Shown piece by piece: positions 37,573 to 49,500 of a DNA stretch of 64,000 nt; positions within the stretch are counted from its first letter, which is position 1, and each line of letters opens with the position of its first letter. Origin of the DNA: a bacterium (GTDB lineage Bacteria > JAHJDO01); NCBI GenBank assembly GCA_043824255.1, contig JBDRTG010000027.1, forward strand, positions 1-64,000, read 5' to 3'. A model generated the notes under the pieces. That model was not told the DNA's origin and made no database searches. It saw nothing but the letters and a program-made list of their open reading frames with translations. A program made the position numbers and the translations under genes.

Positions 37573-39084
37573 TTAGTTTTTTGTGCCTTGTCTGACTAAT
37601 TCTGCACATTGTTTAAAATTATTTTCCAGAGTTTTATACAGGTTTTTGTATAGTTTATAGTATTCATCATAAATTTTTGTATTCTTTGTAACAGGTTCAA
37701 TTTTATCTATTGTTTTTATAGTATGCCTGCAGGCTTCAGGTACAGAAGAATAAATTTCTGCGCCAACCATAGCAAGTAATGCAGCTCCAAATGCTGGGCC
37801 TTCATCAACATTTATTGTATAAATTGGTTCTTTATTAACATCTGCCTGGATCTGTTTCCAGAGTTTACTTTTTGCGCCTCCTCCAGAAGCTCGAATTTCA
37901 GATACTGGAATACCTAATCCCTTAATAATTTCTAATGAATCTCTTAATCCGAAACTTATTCCTTCCATTACTGAGCGAATAATGTGAGCTCTTGTGTGCC
38001 GCGGGGAAATTCCAAAAAACACTGCCTTTGCGTCCGGGTCAGCATGAGGTGTTCTCTCTCCCATAAGATAAGGGAGAAAAATTAATCCTTCACTTCCAGT
38101 TGGAGCTTTTGATGCCTGTTCAGTCATTATCTGATATGAATCTTCACCAAATGTATCTCTGAGCCATTTAAAAGATCCTCCTGCAGCAAGCATTACTCCC
38201 ATTACATGCCATTTGCCGGGAACTGCATGACAGAATGTATGAAGACGGCCCAATGGGTCGGTCTTCACTTTATCTGCGTATGCAAAAACAACCCCTGATG
38301 TTCCTATTGTTGAGGATATGATGCCTTCTTCTACGATTCCGCATCCAACTGCTCCTGCAGCCTGGTCTCCAGCACCAGCAACAACTATTGTTTCTGTTGA
38401 TAAGGCAAGAAGCTTGGAAGCGTCTTTAGTTAGCGTTCCTGTGATTTCTGTAGATTCACAAACTTCAGTCAACAGATTTCTGTCAATGTTTAGCTTTTCC
38501 AAGACCTCATTTGACCACTTTCTATTCTTCACATTAAACAATAAAGTTCCTGATGCGTCTGAGACATCACTTGCAAACTCTCTGGTTAACCTGAACCTTA
38601 TATAATCCTTAGGCAGTAAGATCTTGCGAGTTTTCTCGTATATTTGAGGTTCATTTTTCCTGACCCAGAGAATCTTTGGGGCAGTAAATCCTGTGAGAGC
38701 AGGATTAGAGACAAAATTTATTAGATTTTCTTTTCCAATAATTCTGTTTATGTCATCGCATTCAGAACTTGTTCTCTGATCACACCAGAGTATAGCTGGC
38801 CGAAGTACATTATTATTGCTATCAAGAAAAACAGCGCCGTGCATCTGCCCTGTTAATCCTATTGATTTAACATCTTCTCTATTGATGTTTGTCTCATTCA
38901 GAACAGATCTGATAGATTCTATTGTAGCCATCCACCAGTCAGCTGGATCCTGTTCTGCCCAGCCTGGCTTTGGATGGGATAAAGGATATTCCTTAAGGGA
39001 ACTGGATATTATTTCCCCCTTGTTATTGCATAAAAGAGTCTTTGCACCTGTTGTGCCTATATCAATTCCAATAACATATTCCAT
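37573..39084 (-). CDS. xylB: Xylulokinase (FGGY family)
   Basis: GIDIGTT, TGQMHG, AILWCDQR, GFTAPK, DASGT, GDQAAGA, PYLMGERTP, GGGAKS. Confidence 0.9.
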   Translation of the reverse strand: MEYVIGIDIGTTGAKTLLCNNKGEIISSSLKEYPLSHPKPGWAEQDPADWWMATIESIRSVLNETNINREDVKSIGLTGQMHGAVFLDSNNNVLRPAILWCDQRTSSECDDINRIIGKENLINFVSNPALTGFTAPKILWVRKNEPQIYEKTRKILLPKDYIRFRLTREFASDVSDASGTLLFNVKNRKWSNEVLEKLNIDRNLLTEVCESTEITGTLTKDASKLLALSTETIVVAGAGDQAAGAVGCGIVEEGIISSTIGTSGVVFAYADKVKTDPLGRLHTFCHAVPGKWHVMGVMLAAGGSFKWLRDTFGEDSYQIMTEQASKAPTGSEGLIFLPYLMGERTPHADPDAKAVFFGISPRHTRAHIIRSVMEGISFGLRDSLEIIKGLGIPVSEIRASGGGAKSKLWKQIQADVNKEPIYTINVDEGPAFGAALLAMVGAEIYSSVPEACRHTIKTIDKIEPVTKNTKIYDEYYKLYKNLYKTLENNFKQCAELVRQGTKN

Positions 39085-39174
39085 TGTTATTTCCTCTTAC
39101 CTGTTTTTCGAATTGGGTAATTTTATCAAATAGTTAGGGATCATAGCAAGACTATATAGCTGCAGGTCGTTAAC

Positions 39175-39203
39175 TTGACAACATATATCTTCTTATGTAG
39201 AAT
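39175..39203 (+). promoter_or_regulatory. Sigma70-type promoter for accD-folC
   Basis: TTGACA-17-TAGAAT. Confidence 0.7.
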
Positions 39204-39228
39204 TAAATCAACGAATATGGAGGCATGA

Positions 39229-40083
39229 GTGGCCTGGTTTGGTAAGCGGAAATATACTGTACTTCCTGCTACGAAGAAGCGAGACATTCCTGATGGCTTA
39301 TGGACAAAATGTCCCGGATGCGGTGAAATTATATATAATAAGAATCTGAATAAGAATCTCAATGTGTGTCCAAAGTGCTGGTTTCATAATAGAATAACAG
39401 TACAAGAAAGAATTACCCAGTTAATAGATAGGAATACTTTTATTGAATACGATAAAAGCATGCAATCGCTTGATCCATTAAATTTTAAAGCTTACAAAAG
39501 TTATAAAGATAAAATAGCGCAGGAGCAGAAGAAAACAGGTTTAAAAGAAGCAGCTGTGTACGGGGAAGGAGATATTGGGGATTTTCATATATCCATTGTG
39601 CTTACAGATTATAGATTTATTATGGGAAGTATGGGTTCTGTTGTTGGAGAAAAGGTTACAAGAGCTGTTGAACTTGCAATAGACAAAAAAATCCCCTTTA
39701 TAAGTGTGTCAAGCTCAGGAGGCGGTGCAAGAATGTATGAAGGAATATTTTCTCTTATGCAGATGGCAAAGACAAGTGCAGCTGTATCTCGTTTAAGTGA
39801 CAAAAAAATCCCGTTTATCTCAGTAATAACTGATCCTACAGGAGGAGGAGTTTCGGCAAGTTTTGCATTTCAGGCAGACGTGATAATTGCTGAGCCGCGT
39901 GCTTTAATAACATTTGCTGGCCCCAGAGTAATAGAACAGACAATTCATCAGAAGCTTCCAGAGGGTTTCCAAAGGGCGGAGTTTCTTCTTGAACATGGTA
40001 TGATTGATATGATTGTTGATCGTAGGGAGTTGAAGAAGAAACTTGTAAATCTTATTAAGCATTTTGATGCTCGCAAGAAGTAA
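39229..40083 (+). CDS. accD: Acetyl-CoA carboxylase carboxyltransferase beta subunit
   Basis: PDGLWTKCPGC zinc finger, GSMGSVVGEK, GGARM, DPTGGGV, GFQRAEFL. Confidence 0.96.
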   Translation: MAWFGKRKYTVLPATKKRDIPDGLWTKCPGCGEIIYNKNLNKNLNVCPKCWFHNRITVQERITQLIDRNTFIEYDKSMQSLDPLNFKAYKSYKDKIAQEQKKTGLKEAAVYGEGDIGDFHISIVLTDYRFIMGSMGSVVGEKVTRAVELAIDKKIPFISVSSSGGGARMYEGIFSLMQMAKTSAAVSRLSDKKIPFISVITDPTGGGVSASFAFQADVIIAEPRALITFAGPRVIEQTIHQKLPEGFQRAEFLLEHGMIDMIVDRRELKKKLVNLIKHFDARKK

Positions 40084-41418
40084 ATGACCTATCTTGAGGC
40101 ATTGGACTACCTGAATAGCCTTCAATACTTTGGTATAAAGTTTGGATTAAATAATATAAAAGTTCTACTTAAACTACTTGGAAACCCGCATAACAAATTC
40201 AGAGTCGTTCATATTGCAGGAACTAATGGCAAGGGTTCAGTTGCTGCATTCACAGGTTCTATAATTGCCTTATCAGGATATAAGGTTGGAGTTTATACAT
40301 CCCCCCACCTTGTTGATTTTAGAGAAAGAATAGTTATAAAAACACAGTCAATCAGGCAGGAATCTGAAATCACAGAAAAGTTTATTCCTAAGACAAGAGT
40401 AGTATCAATCGTTTCTGATATAAAGAAAGCTGTCAGGCATATGAAGAATACTCTTGGCGTGAATCATCCAACTTATTTTGAGATTATTACTGCTTTAGCC
40501 TTTAAGTATTTTGCTGATGAGAACATAGATGTTTTGATATGTGAGACTGGCATGGGCGGGAGGTTAGATGCAACAAATGTGTCTAATTCGATTATATCAG
40601 TAATAACTAATGTTGGGCTTGAACACACAGATATGCTTGGTAAGAGAATTACAGATATAGCTTATGAAAAAGCGTGCATAATAAAAAAAAACAATGTGGT
40701 AATAAGTGGCAGCGGAAAACGGAAGGTGCTAGATATAATTAGCAACATGGTAAAAGAGAGAAAAGCAAGATTAGTTGACATAAACTCTGAGTATAAATGG
40801 GGAAGAACAAGTTCTAATGTTAACAGGCAAAGGTTCTGGATTAAGGGGAATAATTATTCATATAGTGATTTAGAAATCAGTCTACTCGGAGAGCATCAAG
40901 CAACTAATGCTGTTACGGCTGTTGCAGTAGCAGAGAAGCTTCGATTATTTGATTTTAAAGTTCCTGAAGATGCTATCAAAACAGGTCTTAGCAGCACAAT
41001 CTGGCAGGGTAGATTTCAGGTATTAAGAAAAAATCCTTTGCTGATTTGTGATGGAGCGCATAATCCCAGCAGTGCAAGGGTTCTGAAGCAGACTATTTCT
41101 GAAATGGAATATGATAGATTAATATTCATAATTGGAATATTGAAAGAGAAAAATTACAGAGATATTTTAAAAATACTTCTTTCAGAGGATTCAATCGCAG
41201 TTTTTACTAATATTACAAGCACTGATCGTGCACTAAAGCCTGAGATTCTGGCTCAAGAGGCGCAAAAGTTCACCAGTAGTATTATTGTAAAAAAAGACAT
41301 ATCTTTATCGTTAAAATATGCATTTCGGAAGGCAAATAGAAATGACTTGATTTGTGTTACTGGCTCATTATATCTTGTTGGAGAATTATTGGAGGTGATT
41401 AGAAATGAAATCATATAG
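40084..41418 (+). CDS. folC: Folylpolyglutamate synthase/dihydrofolate synthase
   Basis: [41 protein letters not shown]. Confidence 0.96.
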   Translation: MTYLEALDYLNSLQYFGIKFGLNNIKVLLKLLGNPHNKFRVVHIAGTNGKGSVAAFTGSIIALSGYKVGVYTSPHLVDFRERIVIKTQSIRQESEITEKFIPKTRVVSIVSDIKKAVRHMKNTLGVNHPTYFEIITALAFKYFADENIDVLICETGMGGRLDATNVSNSIISVITNVGLEHTDMLGKRITDIAYEKACIIKKNNVVISGSGKRKVLDIISNMVKERKARLVDINSEYKWGRTSSNVNRQRFWIKGNNYSYSDLEISLLGEHQATNAVTAVAVAEKLRLFDFKVPEDAIKTGLSSTIWQGRFQVLRKNPLLICDGAHNPSSARVLKQTISEMEYDRLIFIIGILKEKNYRDILKILLSEDSIAVFTNITSTDRALKPEILAQEAQKFTSSIIVKKDISLSLKYAFRKANRNDLICVTGSLYLVGELLEVIRNEII

Positions 41419-41821
41419 AAAAGAGCTGGTTTTCCAGACGCCACACAGGCGAGATTATATAAACATTACACCTGAAGTGGAAAAAGCGCTCAAGGAAAGT
41501 GGAATAAAGGATGGCTTATGTCTTGTTAACGCTATGCATATAACAGCCAGTGTATATATAAATGATAATGAACAGGGGTTAATTCATGATTATGATAAAT
41601 GGCTTGAGAAGCTTGCACCGCATGAACCAGTTTCTCAGTATGAACATAATGGTTTTGAGGATAATGCAGATGCTCACATGAAACGGCAGGTAATGGGACG
41701 GGAGGTTGTTGTTGCAGTAACAGGTGGGAAGCTTGATTTTGGTCCATGGGAGCAAATATTCTATGGGGAGTTTGACGGCAAACGAAGGAAACGAGTTTTA
41801 GTAAAGATCATAGGGGAATAA
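41405..41821 (+). CDS. YjbQ/UPF0047 family protein
   Basis: [29 protein letters not shown]. Confidence 0.9.
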   Translation: MKSYRKELVFQTPHRRDYINITPEVEKALKESGIKDGLCLVNAMHITASVYINDNEQGLIHDYDKWLEKLAPHEPVSQYEHNGFEDNADAHMKRQVMGREVVVAVTGGKLDFGPWEQIFYGEFDGKRRKRVLVKIIGE

Positions 41822-41899
41822 AAATGGGCTTTTTAATTAATTAGAAATATGATAATGTAGCGAACTGATAGTAAACTTAAAACCATTAGGAGTAAACGT

Positions 41900-42412
41900 A
41901 TGAAAATAGTTGAAGATTTAAAGCAAAAGATAGAGACACTAAAGAAAAAGCTTGCTGAGAAAATAGAGAAAGCAGAAAAAGTAGCAGGAAATAAAGAAAT
42001 AAGGCTTTTGAAGAAAAGAATAAAAAGAAAGCAAAGACTAGTAAACGAAATTCTGCGAAAAGAACAGAAAGAAGAAGAATCAAAGAAGAAAAAAGCAGAA
42101 CCGGAGAAGAAAGCTCCCAAAGAAGCTCCTGCAAAAGTTGAGGAAGCAATAGAGAGCAAGCCGGAGGAAGAAGCTCCCGAAGAAGCTGCAAAAACAGAAG
42201 AGAAGAAACTTGAAGAACCTATCAAAGAGACTCAAGAATTAGAGAAAACTGAACTATCCGAAGAAAAACCACAGGAAGAAATCCCTGCAGAAGTTCAAGA
42301 ACCAGAGGAGAAGCCTCAGGAAGAGACACCTGAAGAAAATCAAAAGTCAGAAGATATTAAACAGGAAGAAAAGAAACTTGAAGGAACCGAATCTGAGACA
42401 ACCCCTTCTTAA
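41900..42412 (+). CDS. Hypothetical protein: basic helical N-terminus, acidic E/K/P-rich disordered tail
   Basis: AGGAG RBS; purine-rich coding strand; EEKPQEE repeats. Confidence 0.65.
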   Translation: MKIVEDLKQKIETLKKKLAEKIEKAEKVAGNKEIRLLKKRIKRKQRLVNEILRKEQKEEESKKKKAEPEKKAPKEAPAKVEEAIESKPEEEAPEEAAKTEEKKLEEPIKETQELEKTELSEEKPQEEIPAEVQEPEEKPQEETPEENQKSEDIKQEEKKLEGTESETTPS

Positions 42413-43058
42413 CCCTTATGAGCTTTACACATCCCTTCTTTCTCATTTTGGCTCGCAGCACTGGTGGCCTGCAAAGACTCCTTTTGAAGTAGTTGTCGGT
42501 GCAATTCTTACTCAACAGACAACATGGAAGAATGTAGAAAAAGCTATTGAGAATTTAAAGAGTAGCCATGTTCTGGATCCATGTAAAATATCTAATCTTT
42601 CTCTCAGAAAATTAGAGGTTTATGTAAAGCCAACAGGTTTCTACAGGCAGAAGGCCAGAAGACTAAAGGATATATGCACCTACATTTTTAAAGAATATAA
42701 TGGCAGCTTAAAGAGACTATTCAATAAAGAAACTTGTTCTTTAAGAGCTGAATTACTGTCACTTAAGGGCATTGGTCCGGAAACCGCTGATTCAATAATT
42801 CTTTATGCTGCAGAAAAACCTTCTTTTGTAATAGATGCTTATACAAAACGCATCCGTGAAAGGCTGCAGTTAACAGATGAGTTGGACTATGAATCATTAA
42901 AGAAATTTTTTGAAAGCAATATTCCAGAAGATGTAGAAGTTTATAAGGAGTTTCACGCTCTTCTGGTTGAGTTAGGCAAGAATTACTGCAAGACAAAACC
43001 AGTGTGCAAAAATTGTCCGTTGAGCAAAAAATGCAAAAGTTATACACAGGAGAAATAG
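42378..43058 (+). CDS. Endonuclease III-like HhH-GPD DNA glycosylase
   Basis: WWPA, GAILTQ, LKGIGPETAD, VIDAY, C-x6-C-x2-C-x5-C Fe-S motif. Confidence 0.88.
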   Translation: MKEPNLRQPLLNPYELYTSLLSHFGSQHWWPAKTPFEVVVGAILTQQTTWKNVEKAIENLKSSHVLDPCKISNLSLRKLEVYVKPTGFYRQKARRLKDICTYIFKEYNGSLKRLFNKETCSLRAELLSLKGIGPETADSIILYAAEKPSFVIDAYTKRIRERLQLTDELDYESLKKFFESNIPEDVEVYKEFHALLVELGKNYCKTKPVCKNCPLSKKCKSYTQEK

Positions 43059-43059
43059 A

Positions 43060-43554
43060 GTGAAAACTATTTTGTTTGTATCACATTGTCTGTTAAATCC
43101 TGAAGTTAGAGCAGAGGGCATTTCTAAACCTGATGTGAGTACAGTAAAGGCTCTTGATGAATTAATGTCTGGACATGATGTTTTGTTGGAACAATTGCCA
43201 TGTCCTGAATTCTCTTTTCTTGGGAAGCGAGCTAAAATGCCAAAGGATGAGTATGAAAAGATAACAGGCTTTAGAGAACATTGCACAGGATTAGCCCAAA
43301 GTGTAGTAAAAACACTGGAAGATTTTAAGGGGATAGATCATAAAATAATAATTGGCATAGCACGTTCTCCTTCATGTTCGCTAAGTAAGGTCTATCGCGG
43401 AGAAAAACTTGTTAATGAAAACGGAATTTTTATTGAAGAAATAAAAAAAAGAACAGGGAATATCATAAAATTCCTTGAAATTGATTATAAAAATTTTGTA
43501 AGCTCGTTAAAAGGAATAAATAAGTATTTATATAGAATAAAACTTGAGGAGTAA
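43060..43554 (+). CDS. DUF523/TudS-related Cys-rich protein
   Basis: SHCLLN, QLPCPE, SPSC motifs. Confidence 0.7.
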   Translation: MKTILFVSHCLLNPEVRAEGISKPDVSTVKALDELMSGHDVLLEQLPCPEFSFLGKRAKMPKDEYEKITGFREHCTGLAQSVVKTLEDFKGIDHKIIIGIARSPSCSLSKVYRGEKLVNENGIFIEEIKKRTGNIIKFLEIDYKNFVSSLKGINKYLYRIKLEE

Positions 43555-43559
43555 AGGAA

Positions 43560-46500
43560 ATGTTCCCACTATTGAAAACTGAAAAAGTCATTGAAAAAAA
43601 AGGCGGCAACGTTTATGTAGCGAGAAGAGAAAAAGGGAAAATCGTTAAGAAGTTTGATAAGGGAAAAATATGTATACAAATTTACGATAAATTTCCTTGG
43701 TTTTCTGATTCAGAAGTAAGTAAAAAAGGGAAAAAAGTCCAGAAAATCATAAATTTTAATGGCGAAATTTTAAAAACTTTAGAAAGAATAAATCCTAGGG
43801 CAAAAACACTTCTTTTCAATCTTGCTTTTTATTTTGAAAAACTTATTCTCTCAGGAGCAGGAGAAAATGAGGCTTTTGGAAAGCTTTCTGTATTTTATAG
43901 TTCCCTTTCTGACAAAGAAAAAGAAATTGTTATTAATGCGTTAGGGAATCCGGAAATTGATCCAGGTAATAGTTTTAAGGATTTTTTAGAAAAGTACTCT
44001 GCTTCGCCTGACAGTGAAAAGAAGAGATTGATTGCTTTATTAAAGGCAAGAACACTGATTGACATTCCCTATGATAGACAAATGGCATATGAAGTGGAAA
44101 AGAAATTCGAGGGGGATCTGCCTTCTCTTCGTTTACAAACCTTAAATGCTATTTCTAGCACCTATGATCCTTCTGTAGATATAAGAAATGCAGAAAGAGT
44201 TTTTAAATGGTGTCTCGAGAATAATAAGAGACTACTTGTATGCCGTTTTGGACGCGCTTTTTACACTGATGCATTGCTTATTGCCAATTCCAAGGGCATA
44301 AGAAGAGAGGAAGTGTTAGAAGAGATTTCTTATCTGGAGGAGAAATTTAGAGATCTTTGCTCTTTGGAAAAGGCGGAAGAAATCGGACCGGAATTGCAAA
44401 GAGTCCTGAATTTAGCAAATGAAGAATGGTTTTCATTGGCAGGTATCCAGGGGGCTCTGAAGGAGTTGAAAGGTAGCTTAAGAAACCTGGAAACAGGGTT
44501 AATCGAAAAATTTGATAAATCCCTGCAACTCGAAAAAATCAGAAAAGTTCGTTCTCAAATAGACACATTCAGAGCATGTGTTTATAAATTAGAGAAAAGA
44601 ATTTCTCAGACCCCTAAATTCGATCCTGCTTTTGTATCCTTTATTTCCCGTATTCATGAATTAGATGCAGTTAATATTGTAAGAGTAAATGAGTTGTTAG
44701 ATCCATTTTTCGGAGAGAATCCAAAAATGGAGAAACTAATTCTCGATACTGGTCATAACAATACCATTTCCCCTAATCCCGGGGCATGGCTTCCTTACGC
44801 TTCTGATTGGGTGGAAGCGTTACCAGCTTATGCGCATTACTTAATCGTTCCTCATAATGAAGGATATAAAGTAATCGCTCTTACGGAGAGGGAAATTCTG
44901 GAAATAATTTATAAGACCTGCGCTGATGATTGGGCAAAGAATATCAAAGATGTGATTGCAAGAGAGAATGTAAGTATTGCAAGAAGATTAATTGCAAAAA
45001 AATACGGATTTAAGAAAGAGAAAGAAGAAGACATTATTGAATTTATAAAAAATAAGAAGAAGGGGGAAGAAGTAGGGCAGGTTGCTTTTTTAATTGAAGA
45101 AAAAGCAGAAAGTGAATATGTAAAAATTGCCGCTTTGCAGGAAAAAGAAGGTTTAAGAGAGAAAGTGCTTCTTCAATTATTTGGTTCAATGAAATGGGGC
45201 AGTAAGGATTTAGAAAATAATTCGCGTACGCAGTTTTACGCTTCAATAGCTTTAGAGAAAAAGAGACATCTTCCAAATGTAAATGTTCTTACTACATTAG
45301 GACCTACAGAAACGGAAACAAATATTGCCAACTGGCTTGAGGAAGCAATGACTCTATATAACATTGAATGCGCATATAATTTAGGGGATAAGGTACAGAA
45401 AAAAATCAACTTTTTCCGAGAGAAAATCGGGGAAATTGCTTTAGCTGTCATTGAAGAAGAGCAAATGGAAGGGGAGCTTTTGAGGGTAATGGGAGAACAG
45501 GGGTTAAAAGGGGAAAAAGAAGATAAGACAAAGGTTGCACTTGTTCTAACTACCCTTTATCCTGAAATTTCCTATAAAACAAATAAAAAAATAGCCGAGA
45601 AATTCAATATAAAGGGAAACTTTTCTCACTGCTTGCGTGATTATGTAGGAGCGCTTTCCAGGTTTACTGCCAGAAGAGAGGTAATTAAAGAAGGCGGGCT
45701 TTCAAAGCTTCTGGACGATGGAAGATATCGTTATGCATCCTCTGGCGCCTACAAAAGATATAATCTGATTTATACGCCTAGCAGAGTAGACCTTGGACCG
45801 GAGATTATTGAATCTGTGCAAAATGTGCCTAAATGGGTAGGAGGAGACGGGCATATTGCAGCAAAAAGCGGGAAAGCCCTGTATTCTCTTTTTAATTTAG
45901 CAGGAGTTACTGCGGTTAATCGTCCGCAAATTGCAGAATTTCTAAAAGTAGGAGAAAATTTCTTTACTCGAGGGGGAGTTTATTATCTTTCTTTAACAGC
46001 CGGTGCGAATTTAAACACCCTCGGTGTGGGAGATTTTGAATTCTTCCGCCAGGAGTGGAACAAGAGAGGAGATAGAACTGTTCTTCCTACAGGAGAAACA
46101 TATGGCGGTTTTTGTGTGCCTAAAGAGTTTTCTCTGCTTTTTGCAATTGTTACCCGCGCTCTGAGTCCAGAAACAACAAAAGAAATTTTTGATAACTTTG
46201 GAATACCAGAGGATGAGGGACTAAGAAAACAACTTGTTCGGGATTTGCTAAGTGTTTTAAAGATGCGTCGCCAGATTCCTGAACAATTAAGATGGGAAGA
46301 GCAAGCAATAAAGTTTCTAGAAAGCCGTTATTCTCAATATATACCCCGGCTTCCTCAACTCGCTTTAACTCTGAATAAGGCAGGTACTCTTTATGAGGAC
46401 AAAGAAGTACACAATAGTTATCTTATTGCTAACTGGAAGAATAAAAAGGCACTGGGAAATGAGGAAATAAACAGGAGCGGGGTATTTGATAAGGTTCGGC

Positions 46501-49500
46501 TGATTAATCTACTTATAAATGAGGCAAAAAAGAAAGATCCTGAAATCTCTATGGAAAATTTAGCAGGAGTAATGCCGGCAGGCTATAAAGAAGATGTTAC
46601 TGACGTAAGATTCTCTGCTGGAGCAAGAAAACTGGAAATATATGCAGGTCTGTTCATGCATCTTTTAGAAGACATTGATCCAGAGGGAAGAGAGATTTAT
46701 AAAAATGTAATGTTAAAATATCCTTCACCTTTGGATATCCGTTTGGTGGGTGTTTGTACCGCAAAAGATATGTTTGGTCATGTACCAATGAATTTTTCTT
46801 CTTACGCAAGAGAGGTTAAAGAGATTCTTTTGAAAGAGGGATACAATGAAAAATGGATTGCTGAGAACGTAGAAAATTTTGGAATAGACTTAGATAGGTG
46901 GGAATGGGGAAATAAAAATAAAAAAGAAAAAATAAAACCTCAAATTGAAGATAAGATTCTTTTTCTGGTTTATGGAGATAATCTTGCGCAGATATCTGAT
47001 GGAATAAAAAAGAGAATTTTAAAGTATGGATTAACGGAAGAAACAGTTAACGCAAATGCGTATAGTTTTGGCGGAGACATCAGGAGTTGGAAGGGGCTTA
47101 AAGAAAAAGACAAGGAAAGATTAATAAGAGAAATAGGCTCTGCAAAACATGTTTTCATAACAGAAGCAAGAGGAATTTATTCAAAGGAAAGGTATGAGGC
47201 AGCAATTGGAGGAAGTGACTTTATTGACCTTGGAATTCCGGACAAAGAGTTATTAGATTTAATAGATAATCTCCCTAAACTTATTTATTTAATGGAAAAA
47301 GGGGATAAAAAATCTTTGATTTTTGCCGATGGAACTTCAGGAGCCAGAAGACCAAGTTTTTCTTTCCGTTATCCAGGAGCAACCGAAAAAGTCAAAGAAC
47401 TTTTTGCCTTATCGGAAAATGCGTTATATGGTTGTCTGGGAATTGGAAGAGAAACAATCCATGAGTGGAAGAAAGAAATGCTCGAGGAGAAAGAAGATGC
47501 GCGTCTCCTACTATCGGCAGTTTCAGAAAAAAGATTAAAAGAAGCAGAACTAATTTACGAAAAAATCGTTCAGAAACTGAAAGACAGGGATAAGGACGAA
47601 GAATTTATCAGACAGGAAATTAATGCAAGAGAATTTGGTGTATGGAGAAAATATTATCGTTACGCTTCAAGTAAAATAAGTGCAATTATTAAGGGAATTC
47701 CTCTGAAAAAATTAGATTTCGGCTCATTTTTAATTATAGGAGGAAGATGGCTCTTAAATGGGAAAGTGAGTATAGAGGAACTTGAAGAGATAAGAGAAAA
47801 CTATGAGTTTTCATTAGTTCAGGAAGGCAAGAAAGAAGAAATAGGCGAAATTATAGCTCACTGTTTTAAAGAAAAGCACATTCCTGAAGAAGAAGAATTC
47901 AAAGAGGTCTCAACAGGGGTAAGCGGGTCGTTAAAGGCAGTAGAAGAGCTTGTTTTGAAGTTAGAAACAAAGGAAATAAGAAGGCAACAATTAGAGTTGG
48001 CATTGAGATTGAACGAAAGAAGAAATGCTTTCCATGAAGAAATTAAGAAACCTGCAGAAAATTTTGACGTCAATTATAGGAAGGCGTTAGAACAAATTGG
48101 TTTTGGAAGATTTTCAGAAGAGAAGTTTGGCAGATTTCTTGCATTAGGGAAAAAAATATGGATGAAAATCGTTGATGACTTTCTTAAAGAAGATTCATTT
48201 AAAAATGAATTTGTGCAGGAATTAAATAGCACCTTTAGGGGAGGGAATATTCTTGATACGGAATATGATTCTTTGGAGAGAAAAGGAACAAAGATTTTCG
48301 AAAACATAAAAAATTCTAAACAGAACATCACGAGGATTGCAGAAGCATTGGAGTTATTAGATATATCTCTTCTGATAGAAAAAACAATGTATGTAAATGA
48401 TTCCTTGGAAATGTGGAAAGCAATTGCCAGGTTTTTTGATGCCACTATCAACAATCATATTTTTGATTATGTTCCTTATCACTACTCTGCAGAAAGAACA
48501 TCTGCCTTCAAGAACTGGTCAAGGGAAGAAATATTTTCTTTTGCTATTGGAAGACATAAATTTCTGCATCAACTAGTTCTTTATCTGTTGAGGGAGAGAA
48601 CAAGTCTGAAGGATAAATCTGAAGCCTATAAAAATTCACTTCTTGGAAAATTTGATAAAAATGGAAATCTGATTGATTCTCCAATTGGAGTAAATTTAAA
48701 AAATGGACTGGAGAAAAAATGGTTTTCTTATGCAAGATTAAGAGATCTTACCACTTTAGTTTTTGATGGATATCCTTTGCCTGAGATAGAAGAGAATTTA
48801 AAGCTCAAAGATGGAGTAAATGTAGGCATAGTTTATCCTTTAGGAAACACGACTGTAAGCGTTGCCCTTGAGCAGGCTCCCAGACTTTCTTCAAAGAATA
48901 TAAACCTTTTCCTTGTTCCTTTCCCTGAGATTGTTGAGAAAAAAGGAACAAAATTCCTGGTTGCTAAGGAAATATTTTTTAGAGATGAAAAAGGAACGTG
49001 GATACTTGGAAGATTAAATAAAGAATTAATCATTCACGCTGTTTGGTTTCACTTTACTCATTTCTTAAGACCTGAAATTGAGAAAATAGGCATGCCGTTA
49101 ATTCAGCCGCTCTTATGGGAGGCAGCAACCTATCTAAAATGCGATTTACCCGGGATGGTTAAGGGAAGCGGTATATCCTGTCCTGACCAATATAACTGGT
49201 ACAGCAGCCAAACAGAAAAATTTTCCATGAAACAAGTTCAGGAGAAAATCGAAAAAGCCATAAAAAACATGGCAAAGAAACATAAGGTTTTAATTGTTAA
49301 GGCAGAAAAAGAGTCAGGTGGAAGAGGATCGAAAATATTGCCGGTAAGAAATAAAGAAGGAGGCTTAAATTTAGAAAATATTAAAAAATTAGCAGATCTT
49401 ACATATGACCTTTCCAAAACAGACAATGTGGTGATCCAGGAAGTAATACCTTCCAAAGTAAGAAAAATTTATTCACAGGATTCTCTTGAGAAAATAAAAG

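Noticed and set aside
41833..42225. Minus-strand Ser/Phe-rich ORFs
   Set aside because: Shadows of the low-complexity plus-strand gene
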